Origin: an uncultured cyanobacterium
Lineage (GTDB): Bacteria > Cyanobacteriota > Cyanobacteriia > Cyanobacteriales > Microcystaceae
DNA length: 11,457 nt
NCBI GenBank assembly: GCA_963807635.1
Contig: CAWEDJ010000025.1
Location: 1-11,457, forward strand
Reading direction: 5' to 3'
Shown here: positions 1 to 7,992 of the stretch, piece after piece
How the letters are laid out: each line of letters opens with the position of its first letter
How positions within the stretch are numbered: position 1 is the stretch's first letter
Notes under the pieces: generated by a model
Seen by the model: only the letters and a program-made list of their open reading frames with translations
Told to the model about the DNA's origin: nothing
Database searches by the model: none
Program-made: the position numbers and the translations under genes

Positions 1-1
1 A

Positions 2-1081
2 CCACAAGAGAACGGAGAATTACCCCATAATCTCAATGACTTGCTAGAAGATCCCAGCCAATCGTTAAACTTAGATAAACTGAAATCTCTTTTAATCCAT
101 AGAATTAATATATTAGTCTTTTTAAGACGATTATTAACTTTTTTTCAACTGTTTATTTGGTTACGAGGAATTGCATTTATCTTAACTCTTTTTCCCTACA
201 GCAGAAATTTTGGTATTGTTTTTGCTGGAATTCCCCTTTCCTTACTAACTATTTGGTTACTCATTTTTCTGGCCATAAAAATTATTGAATTAATCATCGA
301 TCTTAGCCTCCGTACCTGGTCAGATGATTTGGGCTTGATTCAACAGAAATCTACTCGACAAACCTTTCGCATTCCAACCATTAGCAGTTCCATAAAAGGA
401 GCTAGCTTTGTGTTTCTGATTTGCTTGGGAATTCTTCTTTCCCTAACTATTTTCGATGTTCCGATTTCAACCGTATTAGCTGGAGCAGGAATTTTAGGTT
501 TTGCTGTTTCTTTCGGTTCCCAAAGTTTGATTAAGGATTTAATTTCAGGCGTGATTAACTTAGTGAATGATGCCTATGCGGTGGGGGATTTTGTCATTAT
601 TGGCCAGGATGATGGATTAGTCGAAAATATGAATTTATTTGTCACTCGAATTCGCAGTGCTAATGGAGATTTGATCACCATTCCTAACGGTTCAGTCGGT
701 ACAGTTCGCAATCAATCGAAAGACTGGTCGCGGGTTGATTATAAAATTCAGGTATCCTATGAAACAGACATTTCTAAAGCTTTAGATATTATGTTGGCGA
801 TCGCCGAAGAACTTTATACCGATTCCCATTGGAGTTCTTACATTTTGGCTCCCCCTGATTTAAAAGGGGTAGAGGATCTTTCCCATCAAGGGGTACTGAT
901 CCGCCTTTGGTTAAAAACTAAGCCTGGAGAACAATGGATGGTCGGGCGGGAACTTCGCTTACGAATGAAAGAAGCTTTTGAAAAAGCAGGTATTAATATT
1001 GGTATTCCGCAACAAGCTTTTTTATGGCAAAATAGCCCTGAATTGAATCAAAATACCATTCCGATTTTAGAAAATGATTAA
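2..1081 (+). CDS. mscS: Small-conductance mechanosensitive channel (MscS/YbiO-like), 5'-truncated by the window edge
   Basis: The frame is open from base 2 (PQENGELPHNLND) into the listed ORF 41..1081, so TTG at 41 is probably not the real start. Hydrophobic helices are followed by the MscS TM3 signature LAGAGILGFAVSFGSQSLIKD, a beta domain (YAVGDFV...GLVENMNLFVTRIR...LITIPNG) and a typical C-terminal domain (RELRLRMKEAFEKAGINI). Confidence 0.92.
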   Translation, partial: PQENGELPHNLNDLLEDPSQSLNLDKLKSLLIHRINILVFLRRLLTFFQLFIWLRGIAFILTLFPYSRNFGIVFAGIPLSLLTIWLLIFLAIKIIELIIDLSLRTWSDDLGLIQQKSTRQTFRIPTISSSIKGASFVFLICLGILLSLTIFDVPISTVLAGAGILGFAVSFGSQSLIKDLISGVINLVNDAYAVGDFVIIGQDDGLVENMNLFVTRIRSANGDLITIPNGSVGTVRNQSKDWSRVDYKIQVSYETDISKALDIMLAIAEELYTDSHWSSYILAPPDLKGVEDLSHQGVLIRLWLKTKPGEQWMVGRELRLRMKEAFEKAGINIGIPQQAFLWQNSPELNQNTIPILEND

Positions 1082-1118
1082 TCTTTATTCAGAACTCAGC
1101 TAGTTTAGATTAAAAAAT

Positions 1119-1559
1119 TTAATTCAGTTTGGCGATCGCCTCAAAAAGTGGATCTTCCGTTTGAAAAATAATATAAAGTGGCGTTACTGTTTTTGTCCAA
1201 TATCCAAGGGCGGCCAAGAGAACATCTATCACCGTTTCCCATTCTTTTGGATCTTGGTGAGCGAATTTTTCGGGTTGGTTATAAATGATGATCCGAGGTG
1301 TTAGCTCGCACCATTCTAGATCAAGTAAACAATCATCAAACGCATCCCAATTATTCCCAAAATAATCAGGAAAATTAAGGGTCTTAGACCAGATATCTAG
1401 AAAAGTTGCTTTATCAATAATACCTTCACCTTTAATGTAAAAGAACTGCCAAAAATTACTTTCAAAATATTGTAATAACTGCTCAATTTTAGTCTCTGGA
1501 CTAATTCGATAAAAATAGCAAGAATCCTTTGTTTTAAGGATATCAATTAGGTTTTTCAT
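1119..1559 (-). CDS. Barstar-family ribonuclease inhibitor
   Basis: Contains the barstar signature LNFPDYFGNNWDAFDDCLLDLEW. It is acidic, has no signal peptide, and lies immediately downstream of a barnase/RNase Sa-type gene. Confidence 0.92.
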   Translation of the reverse strand: MKNLIDILKTKDSCYFYRISPETKIEQLLQYFESNFWQFFYIKGEGIIDKATFLDIWSKTLNFPDYFGNNWDAFDDCLLDLEWCELTPRIIIYNQPEKFAHQDPKEWETVIDVLLAALGYWTKTVTPLYIIFQTEDPLFEAIAKLN

Positions 1560-1560
1560 A

Positions 1561-1947
1561 TTAATATTTAATTCGATAAAAACTTTGATAATGGTCTTGG
1601 GTATAATAGGCTTCTTGCTTTTGTCCTGTTACAATTCTTCGCGCTCCCCTATTCTTAATTCCTGGAGTCGGAACAGTATATTCTCGATAGTAACCAGTAG
1701 GCGCAATAGGAAGAATTTTTTCGCGATTTCTAAAAACAATACCATCTCTATCGTAAGGAAAGGGGCCGCCTTTCTTGATCAAGTCTAAGGTTCTTTTTGC
1801 TTCTATCGGTAGTTTTTCAACACTAACAACGGGAATTTGAGTAATTAGCGTTCCGTTAGAATTTGCATCAACAGAGTGAAATAAATTGCCAAGGGAGATT
1901 AGAGTAAAGAGTAAAGCAGCAAAAAATAAGCTGAGGGACTTAGCCAT
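1561..1947 (-). CDS. Exported guanyl-specific ribonuclease (RNase Sa/barnase/N1-T1 family)
   Basis: Motifs GGPFPY.RDG.VF.NRE..LP, GYYREYTV.TPG...RGARRIV and YYT.DHY.SF are present, with catalytic Glu (YREY), Arg (RGARR) and His (DHY) intact. The N-terminus is a hydrophobic Sec-like signal (MAKSLSLFFAALLFTLISLG...VDA/N). Confidence 0.93.
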   Translation of the reverse strand: MAKSLSLFFAALLFTLISLGNLFHSVDANSNGTLITQIPVVSVEKLPIEAKRTLDLIKKGGPFPYDRDGIVFRNREKILPIAPTGYYREYTVPTPGIKNRGARRIVTGQKQEAYYTQDHYQSFYRIKY

Positions 1948-1982
1948 GATTCAATGGGATTCTGATATTGAGATCGTTTTTT

Positions 1983-2011
1983 AGAATATACGAATTAAAA
2001 CAATTTTGCAA
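1983..2011 (-). promoter_or_regulatory. Candidate sigma70-type promoter for the RNase-barstar pair
   Basis: The minus strand reads TTGCAA (2011-2006), 17 nt, TATTCT (1988-1983), about 35 nt upstream of the RNase ATG. The AT-rich context makes a chance match possible. Confidence 0.45.
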
Positions 2012-2065
2012 TTTCTTTATTGTAATATTCACCGTTAATCATGATTCCCTAGCTCTTTAAAGTAA

Positions 2066-2755
2066 CTATCCTGCAAGATCATGAATATCGCACGTTGAAC
2101 CAATTAAAACCATAATCATTCCTTTTGATAGTCGCTCTTCAGGGGAGGGATTAATCTTAAATTTTTCATCACTACCGATCGCCAAAAGATTCACCCCATA
2201 ATTTTTTCGTAGTTGTAATTCTGCTAGAGTTTTTCCATCAAAATTTTCGGGAACTAACATTTCCACAATACTGTGTTCGGGATCAAGTTCAAAACGATCA
2301 ACGATGGAAGGCTTCGTTAATCGGTAAGCTAAATCTCGTCCTGCTTCTTGTTCAGGAAAAACAATCAGATCAACTCCCAGACGTTTTAAAATATTTTCAT
2401 GGGTATCGGAAGAAACCTTTGCCACGACATATTTTACTCCGCCTTCTTTGAGATTTAAACTCGTGACAATACTTTCTTTTAAATAATTGCCGATCGCAAC
2501 AATAACCGTTTCAAATTCAAAAATCCCCGCTTCTCTGAGAGCATTAACATCCGTTGAATCCAGGGCGATCGCATTAGAAACAACTTTTGCCGCTAGAGCT
2601 TCTGCCACCAGTTTTTCATCCTGATCAATCCCTAAAACTTCGTGACCACTTTGATGTAAGGTTTCACAAACAGACCGACCAAAACGCCCTAAACCAACAA
2701 CGGCAAATTGGCGATTTTCTTGACGAAGAATTTTGAGAAAGTTCGTTTTTTTCAT
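2066..2755 (-). CDS. ktrA: Ktr/Trk K+ uptake regulatory subunit (RCK_N plus RCK_C)
   Basis: Rossmann motif VVGLGRFG, VIVAIG, VFPEQEAG and a C-terminal TrkA_C domain (GKTLAELQLRKNYGVNLLAI). It lies 26 nt downstream of ktrB. Confidence 0.95.
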   Translation of the reverse strand: MKKTNFLKILRQENRQFAVVGLGRFGRSVCETLHQSGHEVLGIDQDEKLVAEALAAKVVSNAIALDSTDVNALREAGIFEFETVIVAIGNYLKESIVTSLNLKEGGVKYVVAKVSSDTHENILKRLGVDLIVFPEQEAGRDLAYRLTKPSIVDRFELDPEHSIVEMLVPENFDGKTLAELQLRKNYGVNLLAIGSDEKFKINPSPEERLSKGMIMVLIGSTCDIHDLAG

Positions 2756-2781
2756 GATTTTAAGATGTAATTAAATTATCA

Positions 2782-4128
2782 TTAACCGATTAATAAATTT
2801 TCTTCAGGATACTTAATCGTACTAGGACGCGGATCTCCAATAATTGCTGCGATTAACAAAATAATTCCAACCCGACCAATGTACATCATAGCAATAATTA
2901 AGAGTTGAGATAAAGACGATAAACTAGCCGTAATTCCCATCGATAAACCCACTGTTCCAAAGGCAGAAACTACTTCAAATAAAATAGCAACTGCGGCAAC
3001 AGGCGAGGTTAACTTAAATTCAATGAAAGTAATTAAACTAGTGACAATAATCACCGTGATAACAGAACCAAATACCACCGCAATCGCCTTTAAAACTAAA
3101 GGGGGTGGAATCGTTCTTTTAAAAACAATGACGGATTCTTTTCCCCTGAGTACCGAACGAGTACAATTCGCCAAAATACTCACTGTTGTCGTTTTAATCC
3201 CTCCTCCCGTACCACTAGGACTTGCTCCAATAAACATCAGAATCATCGTAATTAATAAAGAATTAACGGCTAACTTTCCATTATCAATTGTATTAAAACC
3301 TGCCGTTCGGGTCGTCACAGATTGGAACCAGGCCGCCATCAACTTATCCTTCAGATTAAATTCTGCGATCGTATTGGGATTTTGAGATTCAATAAAAAGA
3401 AAAGCAATAGTCCCCAAGACTAAAAGTAAGGAAGTCACTCTAATAACCACTTTAAAATTTAAGGAAAAATAAAATCGCGTTTTCTTTTTTGCCTTGAGAT
3501 GTTCCAACCATAGGTAGATCTCAATAATAACCTGATAGCCAATTCCCCCAAAAATAATTAGACCCGTAATCACAAAATTCACAATAATTGAGTCAGAATA
3601 GCCCATTAAATTGTCTTTAAATAAACTAAATCCTGCATTATTAAACGCACTAACACTGTGAAAAATACCTAACCATAAAGATTCACTTAAATTATATTCC
3701 TGTGAGAATTTATAGGTTAAGAAAAAACTGCCTGTTAATTCAAAAATCAGCGTTGTCGCAATAATTGATTTAACTAAATTACGACTTCCTTGCAAAAAAG
3801 GACGATCAAATGATTCTTGAATGGCAAATCGTTGCTGTAAATCAAATTTACGACCAATTAATAACATTAAAAAAGTCGTCATTGTCATATATCCTAGCCC
3901 GCCAATCTGCACCAACAGCACTAAGATAAATTCTCCCCAAAAGGAAAAATAAGTATTGGGGTCAACAACTGCTAATCCCGTCACACAAACCGCAGAGGTT
4001 GACATAAATAGCGCGACCAAAAAATTGCCCCAATGCCCTTCTGTGATGGAAAAAGGCATCATAAGGAGCAAAGTCCCTACAGAAATTACGGCGATAAACC
4101 CTAAACAGATTGTCCGAGAAATTGTCAT
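2782..4128 (-). CDS. ktrB: Ktr/Trk K+ uptake membrane subunit (TrkH/KtrB, NtpJ-like)
   Basis: Four pore-loop Gly motifs (SAVCVTGL, SAFNNAGFS, TTRTAGFN, SAFGTVGLS), the GASPSGTGGGIKTTT loop, MYIGRVG and the C-terminal YPEENLLIG. Confidence 0.96.
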   Translation of the reverse strand: MTISRTICLGFIAVISVGTLLLMMPFSITEGHWGNFLVALFMSTSAVCVTGLAVVDPNTYFSFWGEFILVLLVQIGGLGYMTMTTFLMLLIGRKFDLQQRFAIQESFDRPFLQGSRNLVKSIIATTLIFELTGSFFLTYKFSQEYNLSESLWLGIFHSVSAFNNAGFSLFKDNLMGYSDSIIVNFVITGLIIFGGIGYQVIIEIYLWLEHLKAKKKTRFYFSLNFKVVIRVTSLLLVLGTIAFLFIESQNPNTIAEFNLKDKLMAAWFQSVTTRTAGFNTIDNGKLAVNSLLITMILMFIGASPSGTGGGIKTTTVSILANCTRSVLRGKESVIVFKRTIPPPLVLKAIAVVFGSVITVIIVTSLITFIEFKLTSPVAAVAILFEVVSAFGTVGLSMGITASLSSLSQLLIIAMMYIGRVGIILLIAAIIGDPRPSTIKYPEENLLIG

Positions 4129-4216
4129 TTGATTACTGCTGAGAAACAGAGTAAGAAAAAATTCTATAGAGTAAAAAGTGGATTCATTTTATTGGATCGT
4201 CTTTAGATTCAGTCAT

Positions 4217-5368
4217 TTAAAAATAATTTAATACTAGAGATTTATTATAAGACTGTAATAGATTTGTGTAAAGCTTTTCTAAACGATTAATATTCTCATG
4301 AAAAGTATAACGTTCTAAAACTCTTTCCCTGGCTTTTTTCCCTAAAAGTTCCGTAATTTCAGGGTGATCTCGAAATAACGGCAGTAAAGTTTTCAACTGA
4401 GTTGTTACACCCTGGGTTCCTAAAATTGCACCTGCCCCTCTTTCTAACACTTCTCCATCTGCTCCCGCATCGGTGGCTAAACAAGCCGCACCACAGGACA
4501 TCGCCTCTAATAATGAGAGGGATAAACCTTCAACCAAGGAAGGTAAAATAAAAACATCTGCCGCCCGTAAAATATTAATTCGAGTCGTTTCGTCTGCAAT
4601 AAAACCTAGCCAATTAATGCCATATTCTTTGCCATAGTTAGCTTGTAAAGAAGGTTTTAACGGGCCATCTCCCACAATTAATAATTGACATTCATTGCCC
4701 ATTTCACAATGTCGCCACGCTTTTAAAAGGGATTCAACATTTTTTTCGGGGGCAATTCTTCCTAAATAAACAAATAAGCGTTCCGCCTTAAATTTATTTT
4801 TAATGGGAGATTCTCCAGGAGAATATTTATCAACATCAACTCCATTGGGGATAATCACTAACCGACTGCGAGGGACACCCAGTTTAACCAATAAATGACG
4901 TTGTAGTTGGGAAAAAACAATCACTTTATCGTACTGAGCTAAAAATGGTGCGTAGAGTTGGTAGGTTAAAAATTGGGTACTGGAGGAAAGATTGCGTAAT
5001 TTACTATCAAAAGGAGGATGAAAGGTCGCAACCAGGGGAATCTTGAGGTCTTCACAAATTTCAGGAAGCCGAAAATCTAGGGGAGAAAGGGTTAAGGAAG
5101 CATGGACTAAATCGGGCTTGAGTTTTTCAAGTGCGTCGGTTAAAACTTTGCTAGATTTGGGCGTGGGAATGGTATAAATAGTTGATTTAAATAAAAAAGG
5201 AAGCAAGACTTCTGCGTAATCTCGCAAACTCTCATCGGGAGAATCTTCCTGAGCAAAATGCAGAAAACTAACTTTATAGCCCCGATCTAGTAAGGCATTG
5301 GTGACTTCTCGACCATAGGTTACATTTCCGCAAAAAGGTGTTTTTTTTCCTAGCCAAGCAATGTGCAT
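4217..5368 (-). CDS. dgdA: GT4 glycosyltransferase, digalactosyldiacylglycerol synthase (Slr1508/KtrE-like)
   Basis: GT-B fold motifs IPNGVD, GRIAPEKN and LPSLVEGLSLSLLEAM (EX7E). The N-terminus MHIAWLGKKTPFCGNVTY and the position directly upstream of ktrB match the cyanobacterial dgdA(ktrE)-ktrB arrangement. Confidence 0.88.
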   Translation of the reverse strand: MHIAWLGKKTPFCGNVTYGREVTNALLDRGYKVSFLHFAQEDSPDESLRDYAEVLLPFLFKSTIYTIPTPKSSKVLTDALEKLKPDLVHASLTLSPLDFRLPEICEDLKIPLVATFHPPFDSKLRNLSSSTQFLTYQLYAPFLAQYDKVIVFSQLQRHLLVKLGVPRSRLVIIPNGVDVDKYSPGESPIKNKFKAERLFVYLGRIAPEKNVESLLKAWRHCEMGNECQLLIVGDGPLKPSLQANYGKEYGINWLGFIADETTRINILRAADVFILPSLVEGLSLSLLEAMSCGAACLATDAGADGEVLERGAGAILGTQGVTTQLKTLLPLFRDHPEITELLGKKARERVLERYTFHENINRLEKLYTNLLQSYNKSLVLNYF

Positions 5369-5482
5369 TGAATATTAACCAGAAATTTAGATACAAAGTG
5401 AATAAAAAAAGTTTTAAAAATAACTTTGATAATCATAGACTAAAAGCGATCGCGTTTGCCTGGAGATTTTTCGACAGAAATA

Positions 5483-5512
5483 AGTTACCAGGGCAGTTAT
5501 ACCCTGATAACT
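5483..5512 (-). terminator. Stem-loop downstream of hpnH (terminator or 3' stabiliser)
   Basis: The minus strand reads AGTTATCAGGG-TATAACTG-CCCTGGTAACT. This 11-bp stem has one irregular pair, which is U-G only on the minus (mRNA) strand. It starts 19 nt after the hpnH stop and is followed by a weak U-tract (TATTTCT). Confidence 0.6.
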
Positions 5513-5531
5513 ATCGCTTAAACGAGCAATT

Positions 5532-6548
5532 TTAAGCACTCAATAAGCTACTCATTGCTCTCGCCATATTTTGCGGTTTTAGGGCATCTAATGCGGCGGT
5601 TGGTTCATAGCCACAATGCACCATACAATCGGCACATTGGGGATTCTGGCTCTTTGGCCCGTAGTTTTCCCACTGGGTCTTATCGATTAACTCCTGAAAA
5701 GTCTGATAGTGACCTTCGTTGAGGAGATAACAGGGTTTTTGCCAACCTAAAACGCTATAGCTAGGACTTCCCCAGGGAGTACAATCGTAATCTTTTTCAC
5801 CCATTAAAAAATCTAGAAAAAGGGGATTGTGGTTAAAACTCCACTGTTTTTTGCCTGTTTTCCAAGGAGTGAGAATTTCTCGAAACAGGGCGCGGGTTTG
5901 TTCGCGTTTAAGAAAATGTTCTTGATCAGGAGCCCACTCGTAACTGTAACCTGGAGACAGCATCATGCCGTCTAGGTTTAGAGTTTGCAGGAAATCAAAA
6001 AATTCTTGAATTTCTTGGGCATTAGAGCCTTCAAAAATGGTGGTATTGGTGGTAACGCGGAATCCTTTGGCTTTAGCGGCTTTAATGGCTTGGATCGCTT
6101 TATCAAAAACCCCTGCTCGATCAACACATTTGTCGTGATGTTCTTTTAATCCATCTAAATGAATACTGAAGGTTAGGTAAGAGGAGGGTTCAAATTTAGA
6201 GAGACTTTTTTCCAACAGAATGGCGTTGGTGCAGAGATAGACAAATTTTTTGCGGGCAACTAATCCCTTAACAATTTCATCGATTTGGGGATGCAATAGG
6301 GGTTCACCACCAGGAATCGAGACAACGGGCGCACCACATTCTTCTACGGCGGCAAAACATTGCTCTGGTGTTAGGTTTTGGGTGAGAATTTCCGTCGGGT
6401 GCTGAATTTTTCCACAGCCCTGACAGGCTAAATTACAACGAAATAAGGGTTCTAGCATTAAAACTAGGGGAAAATGCTTGTTCCCTTTTAATCTCTGTTT
6501 AACGAGATAACTACCCACCACTAAGGCTTGTTTGAGTGAAACAGCCAT
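5532..6548 (-). CDS. hpnH: Hopanoid biosynthesis radical SAM adenosyl-hopene transferase
   Basis: [23 protein letters not shown] (CxxxCxxC), VSIPGGEPL, and the C-terminal DUF3463-type motifs [17 protein letters not shown] and [14 protein letters not shown]. Confidence 0.94.
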   Translation of the reverse strand: MAVSLKQALVVGSYLVKQRLKGNKHFPLVLMLEPLFRCNLACQGCGKIQHPTEILTQNLTPEQCFAAVEECGAPVVSIPGGEPLLHPQIDEIVKGLVARKKFVYLCTNAILLEKSLSKFEPSSYLTFSIHLDGLKEHHDKCVDRAGVFDKAIQAIKAAKAKGFRVTTNTTIFEGSNAQEIQEFFDFLQTLNLDGMMLSPGYSYEWAPDQEHFLKREQTRALFREILTPWKTGKKQWSFNHNPLFLDFLMGEKDYDCTPWGSPSYSVLGWQKPCYLLNEGHYQTFQELIDKTQWENYGPKSQNPQCADCMVHCGYEPTAALDALKPQNMARAMSSLLSA

Positions 6549-6645
6549 AAATTTTCTCTCACCACACTATGTTTTGATTTTTTGTCATTATAGAGGTTTT
6601 TCGGCGATCGCGGGGATGGATCATTCTCTCAAAAAAGTCAGCAAC

Positions 6646-6668
6646 AAAAAAGCCCACGGGCGTGAGCT
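6646..6668 (-). terminator. Intrinsic terminator of petE
   Basis: The minus strand reads AGCTCAC-GCCC-GTGGGCT followed by TTTTTG, about 55 nt after the petE stop. Confidence 0.75.
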
Positions 6669-6724
6669 AAAAATTTTTGTATTGAACTTGTATGCCAAAC
6701 AATCCAAATTCAGAAAAAGTTGAT

Positions 6725-7105
6725 TTACTGAACAATAACTTTGCCGACCATGCCAGCACCGCGATGAGGTTCGCAGTAGTAGGGATATTCACCCGCTTCG
6801 GTAAAGGTAGTTGAGAAAGATTCACCAGGGGAGAAAACTAGGGCTTTGTGGGAAAGTTTAGTTGCAACCGCGCCATCCATTTTGCTACCGTCAAAAACAG
6901 CGTTATGGGGGGCTAATTTATTATTTACCCACTCAACCGTATCACCCACTTTGATGGTAACTGTTGCAGGCTCAAATCCTAAAGCACCCGCATCGGTTCC
7001 CATTTTGACTTTAACGGTATCCGCAGAGGCGGGACTCACCGACAAGAAAAAGCTCGTCACGATGAGAAGCAGGCTGGCTAACAATAATCCTAATTTTTTA
7101 GACAT
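6725..7105 (-). CDS. petE: Plastocyanin precursor
   Basis: Signal peptide ending in PASA/D, VKMG.D.G.L.FEP, and type-1 Cu ligands His (PHNAVF) and Cys/His/Met ([11 protein letters not shown]). Confidence 0.98.
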   Translation of the reverse strand: MSKKLGLLLASLLLIVTSFFLSVSPASADTVKVKMGTDAGALGFEPATVTIKVGDTVEWVNNKLAPHNAVFDGSKMDGAVATKLSHKALVFSPGESFSTTFTEAGEYPYYCEPHRGAGMVGKVIVQ

Positions 7106-7343
7106 CTGTGTTAATTTCCTAAAATAATTCTATTGAGAGCGGTTTGACCATTTGTTTTGGATGCAAGTCTCACCGTCTTTTTTTTCACTAGGAATATCTT
7201 ACTACGAAGTTTGACGCTTTGTCGTTGGACAAGTCAAAAAAATATAAAATCTCCTAATTTGGGTCTATCGGTTATCCCTACCCCCCTAAACAGTCATAAT
7301 TAGGGAAAATAAGGTTATACAGATAGTGTCACAAAATCCTGCT

Positions 7344-7651
7344 ATGAAATTTCCCATCCAGTCTCTCTACGGTTTTTATCGCAACGCTGTCCGTAATCCC
7401 CGATATCGCTGGTGGATTGTTCTTGGCACATTGGTTTATCTCCTCAGTCCCTTTGATATTTCCCCTGATTTTCTGCCAATTTTAGGTGAAGTTGATGATT
7501 TTGTGCTGTATCCATGCTTCTCACCGAAGTTTCTTCCTTAGCTTTTGAAAAATTCAAGTCTCGCGGCTCCAATGGTCTGGAAACAGAAAATGACCCTACC
7601 ACAGAAAAATCGGCTCCTGCGATCGATGTTAAAGCAGTTTCTGTTGAGTAA
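7344..7651 (+). CDS. DUF1232/YkvA-family small membrane protein, with an apparent 1-nt deletion frameshift at ~7508
   Basis: Motif YLLSPFDISPDFLPILGEVDD, with ATG at 7344 (MKFPIQSLY). Adding one base at ~7508 (CTG TA to CTG GTA) continues the frame as VSMLLTEVSSLAFEKFKSRG...AIDVKAVSVE to TAA 7649-7651, which resembles the C-terminus of cyanobacterial homologues as I recall them. Confidence 0.85.
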
Positions 7652-7687
7652 AGATTGCTGGGTTATCTATCAAGTTTGATCCACTCG

Positions 7688-7703
7688 ATCAGCGATCGCT
7701 GAT
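7688..7703. repeat. 16-bp perfect palindrome ATCAGCGATCGCTGAT centred on a HIP1 octamer
   Basis: Read directly from the sequence. It lies in the 92-nt gap between two convergent genes. Confidence 0.85.
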
Positions 7704-7743
7704 AGTCCCCCTATATAAAAAAGCTCAATCGATCACTGGCTAC

Positions 7744-7940
7744 TTAATTTCTGCCTTTAAAAGCCTTTTGAAAATTTTTACGATAGGCGGGATTAATCAC
7801 CAACAGAGCGGCCAGAGCAAAGAGAGCGTAATCCGAGTTGGCAAACTACGACCAAAATTTGTCTGAGAATAACCCGACCAAAATTTCCAGATCCCCCCGA
7901 CATAAACAAGCCCTAAAACCAATCCAATAATTCCACCCAT
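7744..7940 (-). CDS. Small (~65 aa) hypothetical membrane protein, with an apparent 1-nt deletion frameshift at ~7810; absent from the ORF track
   Basis: ATG 7940 gives MGGIIGLVLGLVYVGGIWKFWSGYSQTNFGRSLPTRITLSLLWP and then a premature TGA (7799-7797). Adding one base at 7810-7811 continues ALLVINPAYRKNFQKAFKGRN to TAA 7746-7744 (197+1=198 nt). It has two hydrophobic segments and a basic tail. Confidence 0.72.
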
Positions 7941-7992
7941 AATTGCCACAAATTGAATAAACGACTTTGAATAAAGATTCAGTCCTATTTTA

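Larger units (their letters stand above)
797..7699. repeat. Dispersed HIP1 octamers (GCGATCGC)
   Basis: Perfect copies at 797, 1132, 2565, 5446, 6604 and 7692, plus many 1-mismatch CGATCG-core copies. HIP1 is a cyanobacterial hallmark. Confidence 0.9.

Noticed and set aside
1585..1788. 67-aa plus-strand ORF with a lipoprotein-like start (LLLSC)
   Set aside because: It lies entirely antisense to the well-supported RNase gene and has no independent support.
1948..2065. Pho box or NtcA site upstream of the RNase
   Set aside because: I found no tandem PyTTAAPyPy(T/A) repeats with proper spacing and no GTA-N8-TAC.
3023..3385. 120-aa plus-strand ORF
   Set aside because: Antisense shadow of ktrB.
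5338..5535. 65-aa plus-strand ORF across the dgdA-hpnH gap
   Set aside because: It overlaps both flanking genes, runs through the hairpin and AT-rich promoter DNA, and has no recognisable motif.
6532..6723. 63-aa plus-strand ORF between hpnH and petE
   Set aside because: It has a TTG start, overlaps the hpnH start, crosses the petE terminator and shows no protein-like features.
6846..7127. 93-aa plus-strand ORF
   Set aside because: Antisense shadow of petE.
7284..7305. CCCTAA-N10-TTAGGG inverted repeat around a CATAAT upstream of the DUF1232 gene
   Set aside because: The 6-bp arms are within chance expectation and match no regulator motif I can name.
7849..7886. 12-bp direct repeat CGACCAAAATTT (7849 and 7875) as a mini-CRISPR or target-site duplication
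   Set aside because: There are only two short copies 14 nt apart, inside the microprotein coding sequence, with no cas or transposase genes.
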